DNA of 64,000 nucleotides from a virus: IMG/VR virus record IMGVR_UViG_3300045988_054550, positions 1 to 64,000 of that record; one strand, 5' to 3'. Shown piece by piece: positions 1 to 8,409 of this stretch (position 1 is its first letter; each line of letters starts with the position of its first letter). The notes under the pieces were generated by a model. It saw only the letters and a program-made list of their open reading frames with translations, ran no database searches and was not told where the DNA came from. The position numbers and the translations under genes were made by a program.

Positions 1-14
1 GACCTGCGACTTTT
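1..14. repeat. direct repeat copy 1 (GACCTGCGACTTTT), second copy at 2098-2111
   Basis: 14/14 nt identical to 2098-2111; ATTT follows in both after a 2-nt indel. CTGCGAC (4-10) pairs with GTCGCAG (23-29) as a hairpin. Confidence 0.6.
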
Positions 15-198
15 ATTTGGCAGTCGCAGAAGAAATGAGAGTATCCGGGAAGATCACAGAAAACGAATTCTTGACACTTCGAAGAATCGGACGCCAGAAA
101 CGGTTTTCGCTAATGACTGATTAACACCTCCGGCGGCGGTCAATCCGTAGCCCCAACACGACCGCCGGATTTCAAAAAATAAGAAAAGAGGTAAAAAT

Positions 199-408
199 AT
201 GAAAAAATTTGAAATCGGAAAAAGATACTATGAAAGCGGTTTAACGTTCGAAATCACGAACAAAACCGCTAAAACAATCACATACAAGGTGATTCAGCAC
301 GCCGGACGATATAACGAGCGCGTTGTAAAAGAAGGTCGCGCGAAGCTTTGTCAGTGGCCTGCCGGTGAGGTCTTCATGGACAACCACGGTCGAACAATAG
401 AAGCATAA
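199..408 (+). CDS. hypothetical small protein (69 aa)
   Basis: ORF track; AAGAGG RBS upstream of the ATG; GC-rich hairpin follows the stop. Confidence 0.5.
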   Translation: MKKFEIGKRYYESGLTFEITNKTAKTITYKVIQHAGRYNERVVKEGRAKLCQWPAGEVFMDNHGRTIEA

Positions 409-410
409 TC

Positions 411-455
411 AGGCCGGCAAGCGTACCGGGGAGCATTTCCCCGGCGGCCTTTTAA
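411..455 (+). terminator. GC-rich hairpin plus short T run after ORF 199-408
   Basis: CCGGGGA..TCCCCGG stem nested in AGGCCGG..CCGGCGGCCT, followed by TTTT. Confidence 0.5.
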
Positions 456-478
456 AATAAAATCAGGAGGATTAAACC

Positions 479-847
479 ATGAAAAAATTAACATTAGTAG
501 AATACGGTTGCACGGGAACAGGCTATAGAAACGGCTCAGACGTTCCAAATTGTAGAGTTCGAACAGAATTTGACACGCTGGACGGCCTGCACGTTATTGC
601 GGATTTTGGAAGCTACCAGAGGCGCGACGCAAATAAAAAAAGATGTCCAGTGGTACAGTCTAACGCGTTACATGTCGACGGAACATATTACGACGCTGAG
701 GGTTGCGGACGTTCTTACGAATATAGGCTTGCACAAAAGGGATTTGATTTTTCACGTTTCGATTTCACAAGAACCGGAATTTTGGCATTTATAAACGAGG
801 TGACCGGGAAAAATTATACAGAAATCGAGTTTGTGGAAAGAAAATAA
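479..847 (+). CDS. hypothetical protein (122 aa)
   Basis: ORF track; AGGAGG RBS 8 nt upstream; terminator follows. Confidence 0.55.
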   Translation: MKKLTLVEYGCTGTGYRNGSDVPNCRVRTEFDTLDGLHVIADFGSYQRRDANKKRCPVVQSNALHVDGTYYDAEGCGRSYEYRLAQKGFDFSRFDFTRTGILAFINEVTGKNYTEIEFVERK

Positions 848-855
848 ACCAATTT

Positions 856-885
856 CGGGCGGGGCTTTCCCGCCTGCTTTTTTCA
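856..885 (+). terminator. intrinsic terminator
   Basis: GGGCGGGG-CTTTC-CCGCCTG stem followed by CTTTTTT. Confidence 0.65.
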
Positions 886-904
886 ATTAGAAAGGGGCTT
901 TTAT

Positions 905-1288
905 ATGATAGATAGAATTATAAAACCAACGTCAGAGCAGACCGTTGACGCCGTTTTGAGCGGGGATTTTTCCACCGTTGATAAAATCAGAGCAGCTGCA
1001 AAAAAGGACGCTGCGCAAGTGTTTAATGCGGTTGCTTCCGGTGCTGTCCCGCTGATCTGGTACGACTTACCACCGGTGCGCTGTCAGTCTGGAGCGGTGT
1101 CTATTATGCGGTACGCGCTGCATAAATCCACTAAAAGATCGGGGTATTTACAACTTTCCTGTATGGAAATAAAAGATGGCCGCATGATTTCAACATCTGA
1201 CCGCCAGTACAATATTACTGACGGCGATTTTCCTAAGTTCTTCCGGGACTTGCCACAGATCACGAACATAAATTATTTAGAGCAGTAA
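905..1288 (+). CDS. hypothetical protein (127 aa)
   Basis: ORF track; AAAGGGG RBS-like sequence upstream. Confidence 0.5.
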   Translation: MIDRIIKPTSEQTVDAVLSGDFSTVDKIRAAAKKDAAQVFNAVASGAVPLIWYDLPPVRCQSGAVSIMRYALHKSTKRSGYLQLSCMEIKDGRMISTSDRQYNITDGDFPKFFRDLPQITNINYLEQ

Positions 1289-1436
1289 AACGCTGTTCTT
1301 TTTCTGGTGTCCTGCATCCGCTCCGGGCGGCGGTGGTTCGTGACCCGTGCAGGACTTCTCCGGGGCTTGCGTCCTGGTTTGATGCACATTGACAATTATA
1401 TATAGCTGTATTGGCTTCTGTTCGACGTTTTAACGG

Positions 1437-1495
1437 CTTTTATCGTGATTCTGGTATATTTTATCACAGTCATATAAAATCACCTTAAAACGTCA
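1437..1495. repeat. twin repeat copy A with promoter-like core
   Basis: TTTTATCGTGATTCTGGTATATTTTATCAC aligns with 1729-1758. On the minus strand it reads TGaTAAAAT (extended -10-like). Confidence 0.55.
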
Positions 1496-1515
1496 AATAC
1501 AAATTGATAACAGGG

Positions 1516-1544
1516 ATTGACGGCAGAACGCAACAGGGTTATTA
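1516..1544 (+). promoter_or_regulatory. sigma-70-like promoter (TTGACG-17-TATTAT)
   Basis: -35 at 1516-1521, 17-nt spacer, -10 at 1539-1544; no ORF downstream. Confidence 0.45.
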
Positions 1545-1550
1545 TTACTG

Positions 1551-1652
1551 TGTATAGTTGCGCGGACACTTCGCCCGGTCTGGTCTTTATACATCCGGAC
1601 TGCGCGAAGCTATGCGGACTTTGTTTGTGATCGCTCCGGCGGTCTTATTTCT
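1551..1652 (+). ncRNA. candidate ~100-nt small RNA
   Basis: Lies between the promoter above and a terminator-like hairpin GATCGC-TCCG-GCGGTC (1628-1643) with a TTATTTCTG tail. Internal CTTCGC/GCGAAG and CCGG/CCGG pairings. Confidence 0.35.
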
Positions 1653-1728
1653 GTACGCTTTTAGGCGTTTTGCTTAGACGGTTGTGCCTTAAATACTCAT
1701 ATAACGCCGTATTTGGATTTTTGAGCGC

Positions 1729-1790
1729 GTTTTATGTGATTTCTGTATATTTTACCATAACTGCGTAAAAACGTTTTTAAACGCATTTTA
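1729..1790. repeat. twin repeat copy B with promoter-like core
   Basis: TTTTATGTGATTTCTGTATATTTTACCAT. On the minus strand it reads TGgTAAAAT (extended -10-like). Confidence 0.55.
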
Positions 1791-2097
1791 CAGCGTTGCA
1801 CTAGAATTAGCTTTGGTTCTGGCGGTGTCTGGCGCTGGCTTTACGCTTCCGTAGATGCTCCCGGCCTGCTTCTGGGTTATCCCCGGCGGGTTGTGCTATT
1901 CCAGATCGTGCAGGGTGGTGGGGCTTTCACGGGTTCCTGTAGTGGTCCGTTGCTAATCGGCTGGCGGTTGCCGGGACCGTCCTGAGGTGGGATAAGGGCA
2001 CCAAGGGAATGCACGACAAGTCAGAAGCAGCATCAAAACCGGGTCGGTTTGAACTGGGAAAATCTGAAAAAAAATCGCAGAAATCTGAAACTAATTT

Positions 2098-2111
2098 AGA
2101 CCTGCGACTTT
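2098..2111. repeat. direct repeat copy 2 (GACCTGCGACTTTT)
   Basis: Identical to 1-14. TCGCAG (2074-2079) pairs with CTGCGA (2101-2106), flanked by an A run and a T run. Marks the switch from GC-rich to AT-rich sequence. Confidence 0.6.
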
Positions 2112-2204
2112 TTTATTTTTGTGCATTCTGTATATAATTTTCTATAACGTAGCTCGGCGTGATGTAAATTTTTCACTTCATCACATTCAATTCATCTTTT
2201 CCAG

Positions 2205-2957
2205 TCATGTTTCTTCGCCCCACAATACTGAAAAGTCTGCTTCGGCGCTTCTTCTGCCGACCGGTTTCTTTATTTCTTCGTTTTGCTGATCCGCTACTGA
2301 CTGTTCCCATGGTCCTTCCTTTCTGAACATCTCCTTCATGTTCTGGCTACGCGAATTGAGGTTTATAATTGGTACATCCACATTGAGTTCGTCCGGCACG
2401 ATACCCACGATCACAACCTTTGTTGGTTCTATTACGTCTAACATTTCTTTAAAATTCTCGCAAAATTCCATTCTGGCAGACTTAGACCGTACTCTCCCAT
2501 TAGTGCAACATGATACAGTGCTTCTGTGCGGCGTACCATCGAAAATCCAAGGCATTTCTTTTGGACTGATAACATTTACCGATGGTATGATATTAACGCC
2601 TAAAATTTCAAAATAGAATCCTAGAGCATGATTCCTGTATAGGTTGTATATATTTAGTGCCGTAGGCATTCCCGAAGCAATTGTGAAATCCGGGCTGCAA
2701 ACTGAATGAAAGCATTTCAGATGCTCAATGTACTGGTCTGGCTGATTCCATATCTGTAAGAAACTCTTGTCGTCAATATAAAAATTCACCGTCAAATCCT
2801 TGTGCCCTTTTAATGATCTGGATTTTGAAGAAACAAAGTCTATACTTTTCTTTGGCGCCAGCTGCATCGGCGGAATAACCGGTATCTGGTACGGACCATC
2901 CAACTCTGCGCCGGTTATCAGATATTCTTTCATTACATCGTATGCGGTATGTATCAT
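2205..2957 (-). CDS. DUF4417-like protein (250 aa)
   Basis: Recalled family pattern FYIDD..F...W..P..Y...L......SPDFT; no search run. Confidence 0.5.
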   Translation of the reverse strand: MIHTAYDVMKEYLITGAELDGPYQIPVIPPMQLAPKKSIDFVSSKSRSLKGHKDLTVNFYIDDKSFLQIWNQPDQYIEHLKCFHSVCSPDFTIASGMPTALNIYNLYRNHALGFYFEILGVNIIPSVNVISPKEMPWIFDGTPHRSTVSCCTNGRVRSKSARMEFCENFKEMLDVIEPTKVVIVGIVPDELNVDVPIINLNSRSQNMKEMFRKEGPWEQSVADQQNEEIKKPVGRRSAEADFSVLWGEET

Positions 2958-3094
2958 ACTGTCTCACTCCTTTGAATACATTATACTGTATTCATTAAAA
3001 AAGTGCAAAAAAATAATCGCCTTTCAGCGATTTTATCTGAGGCTTTCTTATATCTCGCATACAAGATTCCTCCATGTCTTATTATCGAATATTT

Positions 3095-3280
3095 GTTTGT
3101 GTTCCCTAGGGTGTTCCCTTGCGGATTCTAGAAGCCCCGAAATCCGCATAAAATCAAGGTTTTCTTAGCAGCCAGTACGGGAATCGAACCCGTTTATAGA
3201 ACCCTTATTTTCCAGTAAAATCAAGGGCTTTCGGGATTTTCAAGGTGTTCCCTTTTGTTCCCTAGCTGTTCCCTGTCAGT
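3095..3280. other. attP-like recombination site with both arms
   Basis: TGTTCCCT x2 (3100-3107, 3112-3119) and x3 (3246-3253, 3256-3263, 3267-3274), all in one orientation. AAAATCAAGG x2 (3150-3159, 3217-3226). These flank a tRNA 3'-end mimic. Confidence 0.6.
3169..3193 (-). other. tRNA 3'-end fragment (T arm plus acceptor 3' strand), putative att core
   Basis: The reverse complement reads ACGGG-TTCGATT-CCCGT-ACTGGCT-G. No D or anticodon arm can be folded upstream. Confidence 0.6.
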
Positions 3281-3309
3281 AAAAAACAACCATACTTTAG
3301 ATCAGATTT

Positions 3310-4539
3310 TTATTTTGCTATAACCGAAAATTCCTGAATATTATCCATGATTTCCTGCTTTTTTGCAAGTGTTTTTCTGTCTCTGTGGTAGAAATTCTCG
3401 GAACATTTTATATTTGAATGTCCCATCTGAGATATTACCATCTGGTTGTCAATACTGTGATCGAGAAGAATTGAACAGTAAGTTTTTCTGATTTTGTGCG
3501 GTGATTTCTGAACACATCCTGTTTCTTTACAAGCCTTGTATAGTCGCCGTCTAAATACAGATGCATTAAGCCTATGACCATCCATAAAAAATATGTACTC
3601 GTAAAATGCTGACATGTATCTTAGTCTTTGCAGAATCCAGACACATCCATGTGGAATCACTATATTTCTCACGCCTGCTTCTGATTTTGGAAAGTTCTTT
3701 ACATCAAAAATTAAACTATGATCAACAGTGTACCGTGTCTCTGTGCGACGTATCTTTAATATGCTTGGACTTTCCACGTTGCTGCTATAAACCCAGTCTT
3801 CCCACTTTAGCGAACTTAATTCGCCGACTCTTATTCCAGTCACAAACATAAGCAGAATTCCAAGATTTACCATATCAAGATTGTCTTTGAGATAATCAAC
3901 GATTCTTTTCATTTCGGCGTCGCTGAATACCTCTTCTAATTCTTCCTTAACATTCTTCTTAAATTCACGGTCGCTCACGTCCAGATCATAAAAAAGCTCT
4001 TCCACGTTCCAATCTATCAGTTTCTTTCTCTTCGCCCATTTCAATGTGCCTCTGGCTATTGTCTTGAGGTTTGAGAATCCCTTTGCTGTCAGATTGTATT
4101 TCCCCGTCTGCTCTTCAAGGAAACTACTAAAATCCTCCGAGTCAACATCTCGTATTCTTTCAGTACCAAATTCTTTGAAATGGCGGTCAAAAACCTGTTG
4201 GTATCTCTGCTTTGTGGACATTGATATCTTGCCCAGTTCCTGACGGCGTTCAAGCCATTCATCAAAGATTTCACTTATTTTAGGATTCTCAATCTTTTCC
4301 TTATAGATTCTGACTATTTCATCTTCCAGGTCTTCCCTGTTTCTCCTCTTAATCAGTCTTCTTTTCTTAGTTTCATCATCATAAATACGGATTTTCCAAT
4401 ATCCGTCCGAAGCCTCCCAAATACTAGCTTCATATTGTTCCAATATGTCCCTTCTTTTGCTCATCTCTATGTTTTCTTGTATGTGAGATAAGTCGATAAT
4501 ACCATTCTCTATAGCATATTTCAAGTCGTCATTATTCAT
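3310..4539 (-). CDS. int: tyrosine integrase (409 aa)
   Basis: C-terminal catalytic pattern (..HKIRKTY.., ..GHSNIKCSENFYH..). The N-terminal region resembles the arm-binding/SAM-like region of phage integrases. Adjacent to the att-like site. Confidence 0.9.
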   Translation of the reverse strand: MNNDDLKYAIENGIIDLSHIQENIEMSKRRDILEQYEASIWEASDGYWKIRIYDDETKKRRLIKRRNREDLEDEIVRIYKEKIENPKISEIFDEWLERRQELGKISMSTKQRYQQVFDRHFKEFGTERIRDVDSEDFSSFLEEQTGKYNLTAKGFSNLKTIARGTLKWAKRKKLIDWNVEELFYDLDVSDREFKKNVKEELEEVFSDAEMKRIVDYLKDNLDMVNLGILLMFVTGIRVGELSSLKWEDWVYSSNVESPSILKIRRTETRYTVDHSLIFDVKNFPKSEAGVRNIVIPHGCVWILQRLRYMSAFYEYIFFMDGHRLNASVFRRRLYKACKETGCVQKSPHKIRKTYCSILLDHSIDNQMVISQMGHSNIKCSENFYHRDRKTLAKKQEIMDNIQEFSVIAK

Positions 4540-4602
4540 AAAAAATAAGGAGGAACCGGGATATCCTTTCGCTGGCCAGCGGTTCCTCGTTCCTCCTTTC
4601 TT

Positions 4603-4815
4603 TCACACATAATCAAAAATATTCATCTGTCCTTCCGGCATATCATCTTCGAGATTAAAGAATTTACAGGCAATGAAATTTCCATGCCAATCCCGATCAC
4701 CGCCGTACATCAGACATTTTCCTCTCTTTCCGTCCCTATAGAATCGGCATTCAGCGCATTTATGCTGATATGCTGTTCCTCCAGAACGCTTATACATTTC
4801 GCTTATTGTTCTCAT
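4603..4815 (-). CDS. hypothetical Cys-rich protein (70 aa)
   Basis: ORF track trimmed to the internal ATG (MRTISEMYK..); contains CAEC..C..C. Confidence 0.5.
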   Translation of the reverse strand: MRTISEMYKRSGGTAYQHKCAECRFYRDGKRGKCLMYGGDRDWHGNFIACKFFNLEDDMPEGQMNIFDYV

Positions 4816-4972
4816 GTTCTTCCCTCTTCCATGCAAACGGCGGGATTTTAAAGCTGTGTTGGCAGGTAACTCGAAGCGCACAGCTCTCACATTTATTATC
4901 TGTCGCTTTGCAGTAATCCATGATGATGTTTACACACGTTCCTACCATTTCGGGTGTGATGTCATAATCCAT
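4790..4972 (-). CDS. hypothetical Cys-rich protein (60 aa)
   Basis: ORF track trimmed to the ATG preceded by GGAGAG; contains C..C..C motifs. Confidence 0.5.
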   Translation of the reverse strand: MDYDITPEMVGTCVNIIMDYCKATDNKCESCALRVTCQHSFKIPPFAWKREEHENNKRNV

Positions 4973-5198
4973 ATTCACTCTCTCCACCTTTTCTCTTACC
5001 ACGCTTTAAAATTCCTTTCTGTACGCATTCCGTAGGCGGACAGCCTCTTGAATGACCAACAATAAGAATATAATCACAGGTAGCATTCGATATAGATGAC
5101 GGACTGCTTTTAGAAAGATATACGCATTTCATGCATTGATTACGTTTCAGCTCAACTACTCCCCTCTCTGACATTTCTTTCCATCTTTTTATTCTCAT
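4962..5198 (-). CDS. hypothetical protein (78 aa)
   Basis: ORF track; start overlaps the upstream stop (ATGA coupling). Confidence 0.5.
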   Translation of the reverse strand: MRIKRWKEMSERGVVELKRNQCMKCVYLSKSSPSSISNATCDYILIVGHSRGCPPTECVQKGILKRGKRKGGESEYGL

Positions 5199-6025
5199 TT
5201 TGCTACTCCCATTCCTTGAATCATCTTCATTCTCAAATGTTCCGCAATGTGCTCCCTGACGGATTCCTCTGGAAATGGAATTTCAAGTGACCGTTCCAGA
5301 ATCCTATTTGTGATTCTTTCATCGTATTTCAATTCTGATATCTGACAGTTACTTGTGAATATAGTAATTTTCCTATCGACATACCGTCCATTAATAATGC
5401 TATAGAATCTTTCATTAATCCAGTCCTTGCCAGAATCGGCACCGAAATCGTCAATAATAAGGATTTCTGTTCTGGATAAATCCTCTATCAGCTTTCCCTC
5501 TGCATTCTCTTTGGCTCCCCATGTGTTCTTGATTTCATCAAGGATTCTGAGAGACGTGGTGAATTTGACAGGCTTCTGGTATTTTTTCATGATCTCATTT
5601 GCCAAGCTGCATACTGTTTTGGTTTTGCCAGAACCTTTTGCATTTGAAAAAAGATATAATCCTATTCCTTTCTTCTGCATATCAGGAAGGTTTTTAAACC
5701 AATAATTTACCGCCTGAGCCGCCTGAGAAAATACTTTTCGGCTCTCGGCGTTCAAATATACACTTGATTTCAAATCGTTGAAATTTGAGCCTTTAAACAC
5801 GTTTGGAAGCTCTGCGAATTTCAATTGATTTTCAAGGATTGTTCTCTTTCTGATTCCGCAAGGGCATTCCTCACAATAAGGAATACCACTTGCGTCTCTT
5901 ACCCATCTCCACCCGCTGTCCCCGCATTCAGGGCATTCAAGCGAACGGGGTGTCTGATTCTTCTCCGTTCCATTCTCCAAGTGGGATGATTGGTTCGACA
6001 TTTCTTTGAGCTGTGCCAGTTCCAT
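5195..6025 (-). CDS. DnaC/IstB-like AAA+ helicase loader with N-terminal zinc finger
   Basis: Walker A GSGKT, Walker B ILIIDDFG, N-terminal CPECGDSG..CEECPCG; GGGAGGA RBS. Confidence 0.8.
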   Translation of the reverse strand: MELAQLKEMSNQSSHLENGTEKNQTPRSLECPECGDSGWRWVRDASGIPYCEECPCGIRKRTILENQLKFAELPNVFKGSNFNDLKSSVYLNAESRKVFSQAAQAVNYWFKNLPDMQKKGIGLYLFSNAKGSGKTKTVCSLANEIMKKYQKPVKFTTSLRILDEIKNTWGAKENAEGKLIEDLSRTEILIIDDFGADSGKDWINERFYSIINGRYVDRKITIFTSNCQISELKYDERITNRILERSLEIPFPEESVREHIAEHLRMKMIQGMGVAK

Positions 6026-6758
6026 TTCGCATATCCTCCCTGTTATGGTATTTGTTTTCGAGTATTTTTAAGAAGTTGTTTGGTTTCACGAACCATTCGA
6101 AATTTATCATAAAATCAGTTTTCTTTCCCATGAGGAAATCGCTGTTTTGTACATTTTTCAACGCTTCTATTACCTTGTCTATTCCGTATTCTCGGATTCT
6201 TGCTTTCAGCATTTGCGTTCGCCTTGCCGTCATTCTTGCAATCGGCTGAATACCGAACTGCTGAAGTTTATTCCACTCATCAACCACTTTCTGCACATCT
6301 CCGGGTTTGACTAAATCTTTTTCGCAAGAAATCTGTTCTGGAATTTCCGGCATAGATTCTTCTTCCGACAATTCTTTCTGACGTTTTCTATGCTCTGCAA
6401 CTCGTTTTCTTGTTTGCTCTCTGATTTTTTCAAGCCCGTCAATGTTCTGGTGCTCTTCCCATCCGGGGATTGAAAGCAATGTTCCGTCTCTGGTTATCAT
6501 GCCGAACTTTTCAAGAATTGTGAGTGCAAGCTCGATCACACTCTCATCAAAATCCAGTTCGTCAGCCAGCATTTTATTTGTATATGGAATATTCTCCGTC
6601 AGAAAGATAATTCCGTTTGAATTACAACGCCCTGCCATTGTCAGGAGCATCATCCAGATCAGCACGATATTGTTTCCTTCTGGAAGTTTTCTGATATGCC
6701 GGATTTTCTTGTTGTCGAACATATCTATTTCTAATCGAATCCAACTCACCTTTGTCAT
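5937..6758 (-). CDS. phage replisome organizer / DnaD-like protein
   Basis: The N-terminus WIRLEIDMFDNKKIRHIRKLPEGN matches the recalled replisome-organizer family. Sits upstream of the loader; 89-nt overlap with the next gene. Confidence 0.7.
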   Translation of the reverse strand: MTKVSWIRLEIDMFDNKKIRHIRKLPEGNNIVLIWMMLLTMAGRCNSNGIIFLTENIPYTNKMLADELDFDESVIELALTILEKFGMITRDGTLLSIPGWEEHQNIDGLEKIREQTRKRVAEHRKRQKELSEEESMPEIPEQISCEKDLVKPGDVQKVVDEWNKLQQFGIQPIARMTARRTQMLKARIREYGIDKVIEALKNVQNSDFLMGKKTDFMINFEWFVKPNNFLKILENKYHNREDMRNGTGTAQRNVEPIIPLGEWNGEESDTPFA

Positions 6759-6795
6759 TTAGCCACCTTCCCGTCTGGTAAGGACGTTTTCGCCC

Positions 6796-6951
6796 TTACC
6801 GCATTGATTTTCGAATGAATTTCTCCATCAAAGATACCATCCAGTTTTTTGTGTGATTTTCACAGGTATCATCTTCCTCTATCAGGATGCCTTTGCGGTC
6901 ACACAGCCCGTTATCATTTTCAATGCAAATTTTGCATGTTTTATCTGCCAT
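6796..6951 (-). CDS. Cys-rich miniprotein (51 aa)
   Basis: Hand-translated MADKTCKICIENDNGLCDRK..; below the ORF-track cutoff. Confidence 0.45.
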   Translation of the reverse strand: MADKTCKICIENDNGLCDRKGILIEEDDTCENHTKNWMVSLMEKFIRKSMR

Positions 6952-7327
6952 TTTCCTCACCCCAATCTAATTTCTGTCCACACCTGTTACAATAATTATT
7001 CATGCCAATATATGCATGATGTACCATACTGGAATGAAACATATCTTCAGGGTTATCGCTGTTGCATTTAGAATCTACATCGTCATCCGAAAAACCAATA
7101 ATATGCAGTCCACATGACGGACAGATGCAAGCATATAAATTAACATCGTAGCATTCGTCGTATTCTACAACCTCGTATCTCACTTTTCTGCGCATCTGCT
7201 TTTTTAACGCTTTAACTGCTAATTCTAATGCTTTACGATATTCAACAATTCCTGGAACATTTGTCCAGACCTTTTTAGCTAAGTCAATGCGTTCCCGTAA
7301 GTTTTCAATTGCTTCTTCTGGCTTCAT
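6941..7327 (-). CDS. hypothetical zinc-ribbon protein (128 aa)
   Basis: ORF track trimmed to the ATG after GGGAGG; CPSCG..CNRCGQ. Confidence 0.55.
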   Translation of the reverse strand: MKPEEAIENLRERIDLAKKVWTNVPGIVEYRKALELAVKALKKQMRRKVRYEVVEYDECYDVNLYACICPSCGLHIIGFSDDDVDSKCNSDNPEDMFHSSMVHHAYIGMNNYCNRCGQKLDWGEENGR

Positions 7328-7328
7328 G

Positions 7329-7487
7329 TTAATCCTCCCATTCGTCCTTATCAATATCAACAGTTTCCAGATCTGCGAAATCACAACACATTGCGAATCC
7401 GTCAATCATTTTCTTCTTAACTCCAAATACCTCCATCATGTGAGAATTATTTTCCATGATTTTTATTACATCTGTTTTTTTTAACAT
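7329..7487 (-). CDS. hypothetical miniprotein (52 aa)
   Basis: Hand-translated MLKKTDVIKIMENN..; stop abuts the next start. Confidence 0.4.
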   Translation of the reverse strand: MLKKTDVIKIMENNSHMMEVFGVKKKMIDGFAMCCDFADLETVDIDKDEWED

Positions 7488-7600
7488 ATTCAGCCATTTT
7501 CCATCATCTCCTTATCCCCAAAACTGTCCGCAAATCTCGCATCTGTACACCCATCCTCTTCTGTGATGATGGTATTTAATCCATTGATGTCTGTGCAATA

Positions 7601-7774
7601 TTAATCCTCCGCTCCAAACATTTTTCTCAAATTATGCTGGTAATTCTTCACCGTTCGTTCAAGAGTAATATAAGTTGGCCTTAATTTACATCTTTCTTTG
7701 TAACCATCGCATCTTGTTCCGAAAAGAATAGCGTTTCTGCATATTCCGTCTTGACTTGCACAACATTTATTCAT
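7601..7774 (-). CDS. Cys-rich miniprotein (57 aa)
   Basis: Hand-translated MNKCCASQDGICRN..; GGAGGAG RBS. Confidence 0.45.
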   Translation of the reverse strand: MNKCCASQDGICRNAILFGTRCDGYKERCKLRPTYITLERTVKNYQHNLRKMFGAED

Positions 7775-7796
7775 TCTTCATCTCCTCCAATTCCAC

Positions 7797-7982
7797 TTAT
7801 ACGATATTTTTCTCATCCAATGCTGCTTTTTCAACAGCTTTCAGATAATCAATTTGCCGCTGAATGTAAGGATCGGTTTCTTTCCCGCCGGATGCAAGCC
7901 AATCAGAGATTCTACTTTTTACATCCTGTAAAACTGATATAGGAATCAGTCTAGTATTAATGGTATTCAGTACTTTAATCAT
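7797..7982 (-). CDS. hypothetical protein (61 aa)
   Basis: ORF track; co-oriented and tightly packed. Confidence 0.45.
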   Translation of the reverse strand: MIKVLNTINTRLIPISVLQDVKSRISDWLASGGKETDPYIQRQIDYLKAVEKAALDEKNIV

Positions 7983-8409
7983 TAGCTTTCATCTCCTCCA
8001 GCTTCTTCTCAGCCTCTTCACGGGTAAGAAATACAGTTTTACCAAATCGGTCAACATAAGTGCTTACAGTTATAGACGAAAGATAAGTTGGATACACATA
8101 ATATTCTTTTTTACTATCACATTCGTATTCACAGCCACTACAACTGTATTCATCAAATCTTGAACCACATTCTGAGCAGACTGTCCATCTGGAAGAGATA
8201 ATATATATTTCTTTATTATTAGCTGGCAACCTCACAAATAAGCCCTGTTCTTCTAAGTCTTCATAAGTGGCAAGCTTTTTAATCATATTCTCTACTGTTT
8301 TGCAATTTCCTGCACCATGTGAGCAGCTATCGCAATATTCACCACACTCAAACTCTCGTTTTTCGTTATATGTGATACCATCATCTTCCCATTTTGTTAA
8401 TCTCTCCAT
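7975..8409 (-). CDS. hypothetical Cys-rich protein (144 aa)
   Basis: ORF track; multiple CxxC pairs. Confidence 0.55.
   Translation of the reverse strand: MERLTKWEDDGITYNEKREFECGEYCDSCSHGAGNCKTVENMIKKLATYEDLEEQGLFVRLPANNKEIYIISSRWTVCSECGSRFDEYSCSGCEYECDSKKEYYVYPTYLSSITVSTYVDRFGKTVFLTREEAEKKLEEMKAND

Larger units (their letters stand above)
1289..2204. other. 0.9 kb ORF-free, GC-rich, hairpin-dense region
   Basis: No ORF of 60 aa or more on either strand. Contains an 8-bp stem GTCCTGCA/TGCAGGAC (1307-1353), promoter-like motifs and twin repeats. Confidence 0.6.

Noticed and set aside
3169-3250. A complete minus-strand tRNA gene at the att site
   Set aside because: Only the T arm and acceptor 3' strand fold. 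The upstream 50 nt give no D arm, no 7-nt anticodon loop and no matching 5' acceptor strand.
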